Assembly: GCA_051002015.1 (NCBI GenBank)
Contig: JBPCMS010000031.1
Span: forward strand, 1-61,293
DNA: 61,293 nucleotides
Origin: Acidimicrobiia bacterium
GTDB lineage: Bacteria > Actinomycetota > Acidimicrobiia > Spongiisociales > UBA5794
Reading direction: 5' to 3'
Shown one piece after another: positions 11,186 through 20,311 of this stretch. The position numbers and the translations under genes are program-made. A model generated the notes under the pieces. It searched no databases, was not told the origin of the DNA, and saw only the letters and a program-made list of their open reading frames with translations. Within the stretch, counting starts at the first letter, position 1. Each line of letters starts with the position of its first letter.

Positions 11186-11199
11186 CGAACATACGTTCG
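11186..11199. promoter_or_regulatory. LexA (SOS) box, Gram-positive/actinobacterial type
   Basis: CGAAC-ATAC-GTTCG is an exact match to CGAAC-N4-GTTCG. Confidence 0.8.
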
Positions 11200-11221
11200 A
11201 TGGTATCAGGCGCCACCGACA
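11200..11221 (-). promoter_or_regulatory. RecA-NDp / PafBC-type DNA-damage promoter
   Basis: Minus strand TGTCGGTG-N8-TACCAT matches the TGTCRGTG-N8-TANNNT consensus. Confidence 0.75.
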
Positions 11222-11345
11222 GAAACCGACCGATCCGAGCGGCAATTCGCCGCCGTCGTGCGGAGGCCGGCCACCGAACAGGTCCCGACGGCGCCGCCGA
11301 GCTCTATCGTCACGAGATGACCGTGCACACCCCCGCCGACCGGCG

Positions 11346-12254
11346 ATGAGGGTCGCCGCCGTCGACGTCGGCTCGAACACGGTGCGGCTGCTGATCGCCG
11401 AGCGGTCCGGCGACGGGCTGCTCCGGCTGGAGCGGCGTTCGATCGTCACCAGGCTGGCCCAAGGTGTGGATCGCACCGGCAGGCTCGATCCCGATGCCGT
11501 GGAGCGGAGCCTCACCGCCCTCCGATCGCTCGCCCGGTCGATCGCCGCCGCCGGGTGCGACCGGGTGGGGCTCATTGCCACATCGGCGACCCGCGACGCC
11601 GCCAACCGCGCCGAGTTCACCGGACCGGCGGCGTCGGTGATCGGGGTGCCCGTGGTCGTGCTCACCGGCGCCGAAGAGGCGGCGATGTCCTTTGCGGGCA
11701 CCATCGGGGGCGGCGCCGGCGAGCCGCCCTTCGTGGTGATCGACCTGGGCGGGGGCAGCACCGAGTTCGTGGCGGGCTCGGACCGGGTGGAGCGAGCGGT
11801 GAGCGTGGACATGGGGTCGGTGCGGCTCACCGAGCGGATGCTCCCCCACCGCCCCGCCACCCCCGAGGCGGTCGCCGCCGCCGACGAGCATGTCGCCGCC
11901 CTGTTCGCCGACGAGGTTCCGGTGCCGGAGCGGATCGGGACCGTGATCGGGGTGGGCGGCACCTTCACCAGCCTGGCCGCAATCCATCTCGGGCTCGCCG
12001 CCTACGACCCGGAGCGGGTCCACGGCACCGTGATGACCACGGACGACCTCGACGGCCTGGTCGCCGACCTGGCCCGGCTCGACCTGGCCGCCACCGAGGC
12101 TATCCCGTCGCTGGATCCGGCCCGGGCCCCGGTCCTGCTCGGGGGCGCCGTGGTCGCCGCCGCCGCCGTCCGCCGCACCGGGATGGCGGACGTCACCGTC
12201 TCCGAGCACGACATCCTCGACGGCCTCGCCCGCTCGCTGCTCGCAGCCTCCTGA
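11346..12254 (+). CDS. ppx: Ppx/GppA family exopolyphosphatase
   Basis: 'AAVDVGSNTVRLLIA', 'ATSATRDAAN', 'G.EEA', 'DLGGGSTE', 'SEHDILDG'. Confidence 0.93.
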   Translation: MRVAAVDVGSNTVRLLIAERSGDGLLRLERRSIVTRLAQGVDRTGRLDPDAVERSLTALRSLARSIAAAGCDRVGLIATSATRDAANRAEFTGPAASVIGVPVVVLTGAEEAAMSFAGTIGGGAGEPPFVVIDLGGGSTEFVAGSDRVERAVSVDMGSVRLTERMLPHRPATPEAVAAADEHVAALFADEVPVPERIGTVIGVGGTFTSLAAIHLGLAAYDPERVHGTVMTTDDLDGLVADLARLDLAATEAIPSLDPARAPVLLGGAVVAAAAVRRTGMADVTVSEHDILDGLARSLLAAS

Positions 12255-12348
12255 CCGGCACCGGGACGCTGGACATGGAGCCTGTGACGTCATGCCGTGG
12301 ACGCCGGGGGCTGTGGTGTGTCACCCTGTACTCGAGAGGAGGGTCCTG

Positions 12349-12768
12349 ATGGTCGTTGTCGTCGGTGTGGATTCGTCACCGATCGCGGCTGAGGTGTTGC
12401 GGAGGGCGATCGAGGAGGGGCGGCGGCGGGGCGCCGAGGTACATGCGGTCCACGTGCTGCGCACCCCGGTCGTCTACGTCGAGACCGGGATGAACCTGGA
12501 GGTGCTCGCCGTCGCCGAGCGGAGCTCGGTGTGGGAGCCCCTCGAGCCGGTGATCGCCGAGGCGGGTGTACCGGTGAGGAAGATCGATCTCGACGGCTAC
12601 CCACCGGACACCCTCGTGTCCTACGTGACCGAGGTGGGGGCGGAGCTGCTGGTCCTGGGTACCCGGGGCCGGGGCGAGCTCGCCTCGCTCATCCTGGGCA
12701 GCACCAGCCACCGGGCGATCCATCTCGCTCCCTGTGACGTCATGGTGGCCAAGGTGGTCACCGGCTGA
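12349..12768 (+). CDS. universal stress protein
   Basis: 'VVVGVDSS', 'LLVLGTRGRG..LILGSTS...APCDVMV'; RBS AGAGGAGG upstream. Confidence 0.92.
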   Translation: MVVVVGVDSSPIAAEVLRRAIEEGRRRGAEVHAVHVLRTPVVYVETGMNLEVLAVAERSSVWEPLEPVIAEAGVPVRKIDLDGYPPDTLVSYVTEVGAELLVLGTRGRGELASLILGSTSHRAIHLAPCDVMVAKVVTG

Positions 12769-12793
12769 CAGTGGCCGCCTCCGGCGACGATGG

Positions 12794-13753
12794 TCAGGCC
12801 GGTTCCGACGAGGGCATACCCCGGTAGACCCACACATGCCACGGGGTGGCGGCGGCCCGGTGTCCCGCCCGCTCCATTGCCGCCAGCATCGGGGCGTTCA
12901 ACACGTCGACGTCCGAGAGGATCCGGTTGAACCCTGCCTTCCTGGCAACCTCGGTGCCGGCGGCGAGCAGGTCGTCGATGTAGCCGTGACCCCGGTGCTC
13001 CGGGACCACCCCGATGTGGACGATGGTGGCGGTGCCCTCGTCGTCGAACGGCGAGACCGCCACGTAGCCGACCGGGTCGCCGTCGATCTCGCCGATCAGC
13101 CAGGTCCCCTCGTCGCCCTCGTGCCAGAACACCAGCATCTGCGCCGCCCAGTCCGCAGGGCGGAGCCTTGCGTAGTACCAAGCGTCGTTGCGGTCGAGGG
13201 TCCCGGATCCGGGGCGGGCCATCACCTCGCCGTACCGCTTCGCTCCGATCTCGGCGATGGTGCGGAAGGCCAGCCGGTCGGGCAGGGTGATCGGTGACCC
13301 GTGGTCGACCCACAGCACCCCCTCCTTCTCCTGGAACAGGTCGAGCCCAAGCCGTCCGGCGAGCTGGCGGCGCATCTCGACGTCGGGGTGACGCTCCGGG
13401 TTGGCGGTGAGCTCGAGGGTCAGGTCACCGCCGGTCACTGCGACGGTGCGCCGGATCGTCGCCTCCAGGGTGGCGATCGGGTCTTCACCCCAGGCGGCGG
13501 GCCCGAATATGCTCAGCTCCTTCGGGGGCAGCGATCCAAGCCAGGCCGGGTCGGTGACGGTGTCGGTCACTACGTAGCCGACCCTTGCGACCGGGATGCC
13601 ATCGAGCGCGGCCACGAACGTCCACTCGGGGCGGCCCTCCCCGTCCTCCCAGATGGCGGCGACGGTGCCGGCGTAGCCCGGGTCGTCGCCCGGTGCGACG
13701 GCGAAGTCCTCGGCCCGTGACACCGACCTGATGGTGAGGTCCGGTGGTGTCAT
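12794..13753 (-). CDS. GNAT family N-acetyltransferase
   Basis: 'HIGVVPEHRGHGY' and 'DVDVLNAPM...ERAG' acetyl-CoA-binding motifs. Confidence 0.85.
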   Translation of the reverse strand: MTPPDLTIRSVSRAEDFAVAPGDDPGYAGTVAAIWEDGEGRPEWTFVAALDGIPVARVGYVVTDTVTDPAWLGSLPPKELSIFGPAAWGEDPIATLEATIRRTVAVTGGDLTLELTANPERHPDVEMRRQLAGRLGLDLFQEKEGVLWVDHGSPITLPDRLAFRTIAEIGAKRYGEVMARPGSGTLDRNDAWYYARLRPADWAAQMLVFWHEGDEGTWLIGEIDGDPVGYVAVSPFDDEGTATIVHIGVVPEHRGHGYIDDLLAAGTEVARKAGFNRILSDVDVLNAPMLAAMERAGHRAAATPWHVWVYRGMPSSEPA

Positions 13754-13842
13754 CCCAGGCCCTCGGGCAACGTCACCCGAAACCGTCGGGACCGGATGGG
13801 GTGCACGGCAAGTGTCACAAGAGTCCCCACCGGTGTGTCCGG

Positions 13843-15906
13843 TCAGTCCCGGCTGCGGGCAGCCAGGACCTTGTCGCCGAGGTGGGAGGGCAGCTCGTCG
13901 TAATGGTCGTGGGATGTCTCGAAGGTGCCCCACCCCTGGGTGAGGGAGCGCAGGTCGATGGCGTACCGCATGATCTCCGAGGTGGGCACCAGGGCGGTGA
14001 TGATCTGCAAGCCGCTCGGAGCGACCTCGGTCCCCTGCACCTGACCCCGGCGCGCCGACAGGTCGCCCATCACGTCACCCTGGTACTCGGCGGGAACGGT
14101 GACGGCGATACGGGAGATGGGCTCGAGGATGACCGGTCCGGCGTCGGCCATCGCCGCCTTGAACCCGAGCCGGCCCGCCATCCTGAAGGACATCTCCGAC
14201 GAGTCGACCGAGTGGTACTTGCCGTCGACACAGCGCACCCTGACGTCGACCACCGGGAAGCCGTTGATCCCGCCGTCGTTCATCGTCTCGGCGATCCCGG
14301 CGGCGACGGCGGGGATGAACTGGCGGGGGATACTCCCGCCCTTGATGGCATCGACGAACTCGAACCCGTCACCGCGGGGGAGCGGCTCGACCTCGAGCAT
14401 CGCCACCCCGAACTGGCCCCGACCGCCGCTCTGTTTCTTGTACTTGCCCTCGGCCCTGGCGGAGCGGGTGATCGTCTCGCGGTAGGGGACCTGGACGTCC
14501 TCGGTCACCACGTCGACTCCGAATTTCCGCTTCAGCTTCTCGATGGTGATGGCCAGATGGGTCTCGCCCATCCCTCGCAGCAGGGTCTGGTGGGTCTCGT
14601 CGCTGCGCTCGACGATCAGCGCCTGGTCCTCCTCCTGGAGGCGGCGCAGGGCGTTGGCCAGCTTGTCCTCGTCCGCCTGGTTGGCCGCCTCGATGGCGGT
14701 GGCCAGGACCGGGACCGGCCGCTCGATCCCGCTGACCGTCACCGGCTTGTTCTTGGGGCCGAGGGTGTCGCCGGTTGCGGTCAGGTGCAGCTTGGACACG
14801 GCCCCGATGTCGCCGGCGGGCACGGCGTCGATCAGCTCGGACTCCTTGCCGACGAGGTACCCGATCTTGTGAAAGCGCTCGTCGGTCCCGCTCCTCGGGT
14901 TGTACAGCACCACATCCGGCCTCACCGTCCCCGACAGCACCTTGAAGATCGAGATCTGCCCGACGTACGGGTCGGAGACGGTCTTGAACACGAACAGGAG
15001 CGGGTCGCCCTCAGGTCTACCCTCGGCTTCGATGTCCTGGTCGCCGGCGGTCACCGTGAAACGGTTGCGCAGTGCGGGCGAAGGGCCGATCTCGACGATG
15101 AAACTCGCCAGCCGGTCGACGGCGATCGGACCGATGGCCGAGCCGCACACCACGGGGAACACGGTGGCCTCGGCAACGCCGACTGCCATGGTCCTCTCGA
15201 GTTGCTCGAACGACGGGATCCTGCCCTCGAGATAGCCCTCGAGCAGCTCGTCGTCCGCCACCACGATCCCCTCGACCAGGTCGTCGTGGATCCGGTGCTC
15301 CTGCTCCTCCATCTCGGCGGGGATCTCCCCCTCCTTGCCCGTTCCCGAGTCGTAGAAGTAGGCCTTGTCGCTGAGCAGGTCGGCGACGCCATGGAAGGCG
15401 GCCTCCTCCCCGATGGGGAGTTCGAGGGGGGAGATCCCGGCTCCGAAGCGCTCCTGTATGACGGCCAGGGTCCGCTCGTACGACGAGCGCTCCTTGTCGA
15501 GCTTGTTGATGAAGATCATCCGGGGCAGCCCGAGTCGCTCCGCCAGGCGCCAGGCCCGCTCGGTCCCGACCTCGACCCCTTCGACGGCACTGATCACAAA
15601 CACGGCGAGATCGGCCACCCGCATCGCCCCGTACAGATCGCCGACGAAGTCGGCGTAACCGGGGGTGTCGATGATGTTGATCTTGTGGCCGTGCCACTCG
15701 AGGGGGGCGTACGACATCGCCAAGGAGATCCCCCGCTTGTGTTCCTCAGGGTCGAAGTCCATCACGGTGTTGCCGTCCTCCACCCGACCCAGCCTGTCGA
15801 CCACACCCCCCCGGTACAGCATCGCCTCGGCCAGCGTGGTCTTTCCGGATCCGCTGTGGCCGACCAGGACGACGTTGCGGATCTTCTCGGGTGGGTAGAC
15901 CTTCAC
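13843..15906 (-). CDS. elongation factor G-like protein (EF-G2/FusA2)
   Basis: 'IRNVVLVGHSGSGKTT', 'RGIS', DTPGY (not DTPGH), NKLD, 'KKQSGGRGQF', 'DSSEMSF'; not located in an rpsL-rpsG-tuf operon. Confidence 0.93.
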   Translation of the reverse strand: MKVYPPEKIRNVVLVGHSGSGKTTLAEAMLYRGGVVDRLGRVEDGNTVMDFDPEEHKRGISLAMSYAPLEWHGHKINIIDTPGYADFVGDLYGAMRVADLAVFVISAVEGVEVGTERAWRLAERLGLPRMIFINKLDKERSSYERTLAVIQERFGAGISPLELPIGEEAAFHGVADLLSDKAYFYDSGTGKEGEIPAEMEEQEHRIHDDLVEGIVVADDELLEGYLEGRIPSFEQLERTMAVGVAEATVFPVVCGSAIGPIAVDRLASFIVEIGPSPALRNRFTVTAGDQDIEAEGRPEGDPLLFVFKTVSDPYVGQISIFKVLSGTVRPDVVLYNPRSGTDERFHKIGYLVGKESELIDAVPAGDIGAVSKLHLTATGDTLGPKNKPVTVSGIERPVPVLATAIEAANQADEDKLANALRRLQEEDQALIVERSDETHQTLLRGMGETHLAITIEKLKRKFGVDVVTEDVQVPYRETITRSARAEGKYKKQSGGRGQFGVAMLEVEPLPRGDGFEFVDAIKGGSIPRQFIPAVAAGIAETMNDGGINGFPVVDVRVRCVDGKYHSVDSSEMSFRMAGRLGFKAAMADAGPVILEPISRIAVTVPAEYQGDVMGDLSARRGQVQGTEVAPSGLQIITALVPTSEIMRYAIDLRSLTQGWGTFETSHDHYDELPSHLGDKVLAARSRD

Positions 15907-16001
15907 CGGGGCTGCCTCCGTTGTCTGCCGGGAGCGAGCAGGTTACCGCGGGGGTATCGGTGCCTGTCCGGCCGGTACCCTGGGTGGCCGGGGCGACGCC
16001 C

Positions 16002-16087
16002 GCCCGGGTGGCGAAATCGGCAGACGCGGCGGACTTAAAATCCGCTGTCCCTTCGGGGGCGTGGGGGTTCGAGACCCTCCCCGGGCA
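16002..16087 (+). tRNA. tRNA-Leu (anticodon UAA)
   Basis: Acceptor stem GCCCGGG/CCCGGGC, anticodon arm GCGGA-CTTAAAA-TCCGC, long variable arm, GGTTCGAGA T-loop, discriminator A. Confidence 0.95.
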
Positions 16088-16150
16088 CCGCGACCCTTCG
16101 GCCGGTGCCGGCGGCGAACCTCCGACGCTTCCGACGCTCTGCCCCGAATC

Positions 16151-16172
16151 TGTCACAGCCTCTTGGTACGTT
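16151..16172 (+). promoter_or_regulatory. RecA-NDp-like promoter with no intact downstream gene
   Basis: TGTCAC-N10-TACGTT, with the same spacing as the 11200-11221 site; SD-like AGAAGGGAG near 16209. Confidence 0.45.
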
Positions 16173-16345
16173 GCCGGTAAACCAACGGCGACCATGGTGG
16201 TCGGCGGCAGAAGGGAGAAGCAACGGCTCATCACCACAGACTCGACCCAGGACAATTGAAGGTCGCTTGATCCCGATGACGACCGGCTGGGACGATCGAG
16301 GTGCCGGAGGATCGGCGCGACCCGCGGGACTTCAGGGGGTGGTTG

Positions 16346-17164
16346 TCACCCTTGGGCCTGGGTGCGGATGATCTCCAGCACGCGGCGGTCGATCCACTTT
16401 GGGGTGACCCGGTTCTCGAAGTTCTCGGCCCCCACCCAGGCATCGAAGTTCGCCTTGCCCAGCCGGCGGGCCAGGTCGTCCACCTCTGCCTCCAGGGTCT
16501 GGTCGCGGGGCACCTTGTCCTCGTCGGGCGGCTCGCCGAAGTAGATGCCGTGGATGTCGAGCAGCCTGCCCAGCTCGGCAACCGGATCGGGGTGATCGTC
16601 TACCCGCAGGTCCACCAGCACGTCGTCGAACCCGGCGTATCCCGCCCCTTCTTCGACCACCAGCAGGGCGGCCGACTGGCGGCCCCTGTTGTCTCCGCCC
16701 GCCCGGTCGCCTGCGATCAGGGTGGCGTGGAGGCGGGTCGACAGCGGGCCCGACGCGTCGGAATCGAGCCATGCCCGATGCATCGCCTCGACCACCCCGG
16801 CTCCGGTGAGGATGTTGCCTTGGATGGCCACGCCGCCGTCGGTCAGGCCCCCTGCCCAGGGCTCGCACCCCGACCCGGTGAAGGTGGCCGCCCGTCCCGC
16901 AGCGTCGACGATCCCGGCCTGGCGCTCCTCCCGCCCGGGATCATCGCCGAGCAGGGTTTGGAGCACATCCTGCGCCGGGAGGCCATCTGCCAGCAGCGCC
17001 AACCCGCGCCGCTTGAACGTCGTGTTGGCGTAGGCCTGGGTGGCGATGGCACCGAGCCCTGCCCGGGCGGCGGGGACGGCGGACCCGACGGCGAGGAACT
17101 TGGAGGCAACGGCCACTCCCCATGCGGCCCCGTCTGCGGATCGGGCGACGATCGAGAAGGTCAT
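16346..17164 (-). CDS. DUF1028 (Ntn-hydrolase-like) protein
   Basis: 'MTFSIVAR', 'GVAVASKFLAVG', 'ATQA', 'QGNIL', 'GGD.RG.QSAAL', 'DLRVDDH'. Confidence 0.93.
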   Translation of the reverse strand: MTFSIVARSADGAAWGVAVASKFLAVGSAVPAARAGLGAIATQAYANTTFKRRGLALLADGLPAQDVLQTLLGDDPGREERQAGIVDAAGRAATFTGSGCEPWAGGLTDGGVAIQGNILTGAGVVEAMHRAWLDSDASGPLSTRLHATLIAGDRAGGDNRGRQSAALLVVEEGAGYAGFDDVLVDLRVDDHPDPVAELGRLLDIHGIYFGEPPDEDKVPRDQTLEAEVDDLARRLGKANFDAWVGAENFENRVTPKWIDRRVLEIIRTQAQG

Positions 17165-17347
17165 GGTCCGAACCTACCCGGGTAGCGGCCCCACCCCGGC
17201 CCGGAATTGGCCGAGGCTGCGCGTGTCGTCTCCCCTCCCAGGGGAATCGGTGTTGCCGCGGGGTTGTTTGCCCCTCCCGTTGGGAGCTCTGCGAGGCGGG
17301 GTGGGAGGGCGGCACCCCGCCGGTCTCCTCGGGGCCGAGCTACCCAC

Positions 17348-17767
17348 TCAGTCGGCCCAGGGGCCGGTGCCACCTATCCGGTCGGGGGTGATGTGGATGA
17401 CGTGGCCGGGGGGTGGGTCGGGCATGGGGGGGAAGCGGACACCGGGCCCGATGTAGACGTCGGCCAGGCGCTGCAGCAGTGCGGCGGCGCCGCCTTCGAC
17501 CAGCCGGGCGGTGCCCCCGATGATCAGGTAGTTGGCCATCCCGATCGGGTTGGCGCCCCCGGTCTCCAGGCTGAGGACCACCCGGGGGTTGCGGGCGATG
17601 TTCCGCATCTTGCGACCCTGTCCCAGGTGGCCGATCACGATGTCGTCGCCGGCGAGCCCGATCCACACCACGCTCACCTGCGGGCTGCCATCGGGGTTGA
17701 CCGTTGCCAGATGCGCCAGGTGGCCGGCGGTGAGCGCATTGCGGACGTCGTCGGTGAGGATGCTCAC
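17348..17767 (-). CDS. PPOX class F420-dependent oxidoreductase
   Basis: 'LATVNPDGSPQVSVVW' and 'K.RNI.RNPRV.L'. Confidence 0.88.
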   Translation of the reverse strand: MSILTDDVRNALTAGHLAHLATVNPDGSPQVSVVWIGLAGDDIVIGHLGQGRKMRNIARNPRVVLSLETGGANPIGMANYLIIGGTARLVEGGAAALLQRLADVYIGPGVRFPPMPDPPPGHVIHITPDRIGGTGPWAD

Positions 17768-17867
17768 ATCTTCTCCCTCGGAGTGGTCGTCGCCCGATGG
17801 CGATCGGTGCGCCAGTGTATGAACGGCGGCGGTAGACGCCCTCCGGACGGTCTTCTACCGTCTGGCG

Positions 17868-18910
17868 ATGAAACAACAACGCGGTCGTCCTCACCCTCAT
17901 CGAGCGGTGCGCCCGGCTGACGCGGTGGCGGAGGATCATCGTGGTGGGGTGGTCGCCGCCATGTACACCGAGCAAGTGCGCGACCTGCTCGGCTACGGCG
18001 CCACCGAGGTCCTGGTGGTCGCCCAAGGGTTGGGCACCGGCGAGCTACCCGGCGAGGACGAGGCCCGCACCGTGGTGGTCCCGGCCCCAAGCGTGACGTC
18101 GATCACCGAGGAGGTCAAGACCTGGATCGAGTTCGCCGAGCATCCTCCCCCCGAGGCGGTGGCGGCCTTCGATCCGGAGGGGACGGCGTTGTGCCTGCTC
18201 GATCCCTTCGCTACCGCCGCCACCTATTGCGGCCGGGCGGCGCTGGGCGGACGGACCCCAGCGGTCGCCGCACTGGAGGACAGGACCGTCGCCGACGGGA
18301 TCTGGACGCCTCCGGAGTGCTCCGGGCGCCGTCCATGGTGGTGCCGGTCGACGCCGGCATGGCGGCGGCGGCGCACGCCGGTCTCGACCGCGGTGCGGGG
18401 ACGGCGTAGTCGGGGGACGCCGCTGAGGGCATGAACGGTGGCGGCGATCGGGTGCGCTGGGTGCGCACCGACACCGACGCCGCCGAGGCGATCGAGCTGT
18501 TCACCCATTCCACCCGACACGTCCGGGTGATGCCGTTCCTCGAGGGGGTGCCGTGCAGCATCCACGGCTTTGTGCTGGCCGACGGGGTCGCCGCCTTCCG
18601 TCCCGTCGAGCAGCTCGTTCTGCGCACCCCGGGCGGGAGCCGGTTCACCTACGCCGGGGTGTCGACATGGTGGGATCCTCAGGCCACCTCGACCGAGACC
18701 GTCGACGTCACCGGTGGCCCCGCGACGACGTGGTGGGGACCGTCGAGTTGGGTCCGGCCAACACCGGGAGCCTGGTGCAGTTCCTACCGACGGTGATGGA
18801 GCCCGGTACCCGCCCTCGCCTCGCACGCCGTGGCCACGCTGCGGTTCGCCGACGAACGGTGGGGCACCAGGTTCGGTCCCCTGGAGATCGCCCCGGACGT
18901 GCGCCGCGAG
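17868..18910 (+). pseudogene. fragmented hypothetical gene (possibly ATP-grasp-like)
   Basis: Coding-like segments shift frame near 17947 and 18305. An in-frame TAG sits near 18407. 'VRVMPFLEGVPCSIHGFV...YAG..TWWDP' is followed by an abrupt jump to a C-terminal-like segment. Confidence 0.6.
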
Positions 18911-18975
18911 CCGCCCCCGTCGAGCCGGCCGGCACCGGGATGGCACCGGCCGGCGTTCCCCGCCTGGGGTGCGGG

Positions 18976-20172
18976 TCAGTCGGTGAGGACGTAGCCGCGC
19001 TCCTCGTGGAGCGAGATGTCGAGGCCGTGGTGCTCCTGATCGTCGTCGACCCGGAGCCCGGCGATCGCCTTGACCACCCGGGCCAGCAGGAAGGTGACCA
19101 CGAAGGTGAACGCCATCACCGCCGCCACCGCCACCGCCTGCTTGGCCAGGAGCCCGACCCCGCCACCGATCAACCCGTCGGTGACACCGGGGTTGATGGC
19201 GGCAGAGGCGAACACGCCGACGGCGAGGGATCCGACGATCCCGCCGACCAGATGGACGCCGACCACGTCGAGCGAGTCGTCGAACCCGAACCTAAACTTG
19301 AGGCTGACCGCCCGGTAGCAGACCACCCCGGCCACGGCGCCGATCACCATCGCCGCCATCGGGGACACGAATCCAGCGGCCGGGGTGATGGCGACCAGAC
19401 CGGAAACGGCGCCCGAGGCGGCGCCCAGCATGGTGGGACGGCCGGTGCGGAGCCACTCCGCCACCACCCAGGCCAGGGTGGCGACGGCGGCGGCGATCTG
19501 GGTGGTCACGAAGGCGTTGATGGCCAGCCCGTCCGCAGCCAGCGCCGACCCGGCGTTGAACCCGAACCATCCGAACCACAGGATGCCGGTGCCGAGGAGG
19601 GTCAACGGCAGCGAGTGCGGCTTCATCGACTCGGCCCCGAAGCCCTTGCGGGGTCCGAGGGCGAACACCAGGGCGAGGGCGGCGATCCCGGCGTTGATGT
19701 GGACCACTAGCCCTCCGGCGAAGTCGCGCACCCCCCATGCGTACATCCAGCCGTCGGCGGCGAACGCCCAGTGGGCCACGATCGGGTAGACGATCAGCGC
19801 CCACAGCGTGGTGAACAGCACCCATGCGGAGAACTTCATCCGCTCCGCAACCGCCCCCGAGATCAGGGCGGGGGTGATGATGGCGAACATCATCTGGAAC
19901 ACCATGAACAGCAGGGCGTCGCCCTCGACGCCGTCCAGTCCGACAAGGTCGAGCCCGCCGATCAACCCGCCATGGTCGCTTCCAAAGGCGATGCTGTACC
20001 CGACCAGGGTCCACACCACGGTGACGATCCCGATCGTGATGAAGTTCTTCATCAGCATGTTGAGCACGTTCTTCGACCGGACCATGCCGCCGTAGAACAG
20101 CGCAAGACCGGGTGTCATGAACAGGACCAGGGCAGAGCTGACCAGCAGCCAGGCGATCGTTCCCTCTCCCAC
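18976..20172 (-). CDS. amtB: ammonium transporter
   Basis: 'LFMTPGLALFYGG', 'FQMMFAIIT', 'DFAGGLVVH', 'GWFGFN', 'DDSLDVVGVH'; GTG start with RBS GGAGG. Confidence 0.96.
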   Translation of the reverse strand: MGEGTIAWLLVSSALVLFMTPGLALFYGGMVRSKNVLNMLMKNFITIGIVTVVWTLVGYSIAFGSDHGGLIGGLDLVGLDGVEGDALLFMVFQMMFAIITPALISGAVAERMKFSAWVLFTTLWALIVYPIVAHWAFAADGWMYAWGVRDFAGGLVVHINAGIAALALVFALGPRKGFGAESMKPHSLPLTLLGTGILWFGWFGFNAGSALAADGLAINAFVTTQIAAAVATLAWVVAEWLRTGRPTMLGAASGAVSGLVAITPAAGFVSPMAAMVIGAVAGVVCYRAVSLKFRFGFDDSLDVVGVHLVGGIVGSLAVGVFASAAINPGVTDGLIGGGVGLLAKQAVAVAAVMAFTFVVTFLLARVVKAIAGLRVDDDQEHHGLDISLHEERGYVLTD

Positions 20173-20226
20173 GGCGTTCCTCCCATCGGTGGCGGGCAAC
20201 GGACCCATGCACCATGCGGGAACCGT

Positions 20227-20275
20227 GTTTCGCCGCCGTTTCTCTTGTGTGAATGCGTCGGGTCGATCGTGTTAC
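20227..20275 (-). promoter_or_regulatory. GlnR box array upstream of amtB
   Basis: Minus strand GTAAC-n6-GACCC-n6-TTCAC-n6-GAAAC-n6-GAAAC has 11-bp periodicity and matches gTnAc-n6-GaAAc. Confidence 0.75.
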
Positions 20276-20311
20276 GGACCTCACCGCTCGGTGCGGTAGC
20301 TTGAAGGGTCC

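Noticed and set aside
17200-17340. CCCCTCCC...GGGAG motifs as a REP-like or structured RNA
   Set aside because: Too degenerate and single in the window; cannot be separated from GC-rich background.
16088-19000. Integrative element at the tRNA-Leu 3' end
   Set aside because: No integrase and no duplicated tRNA 3' end were found in the window.
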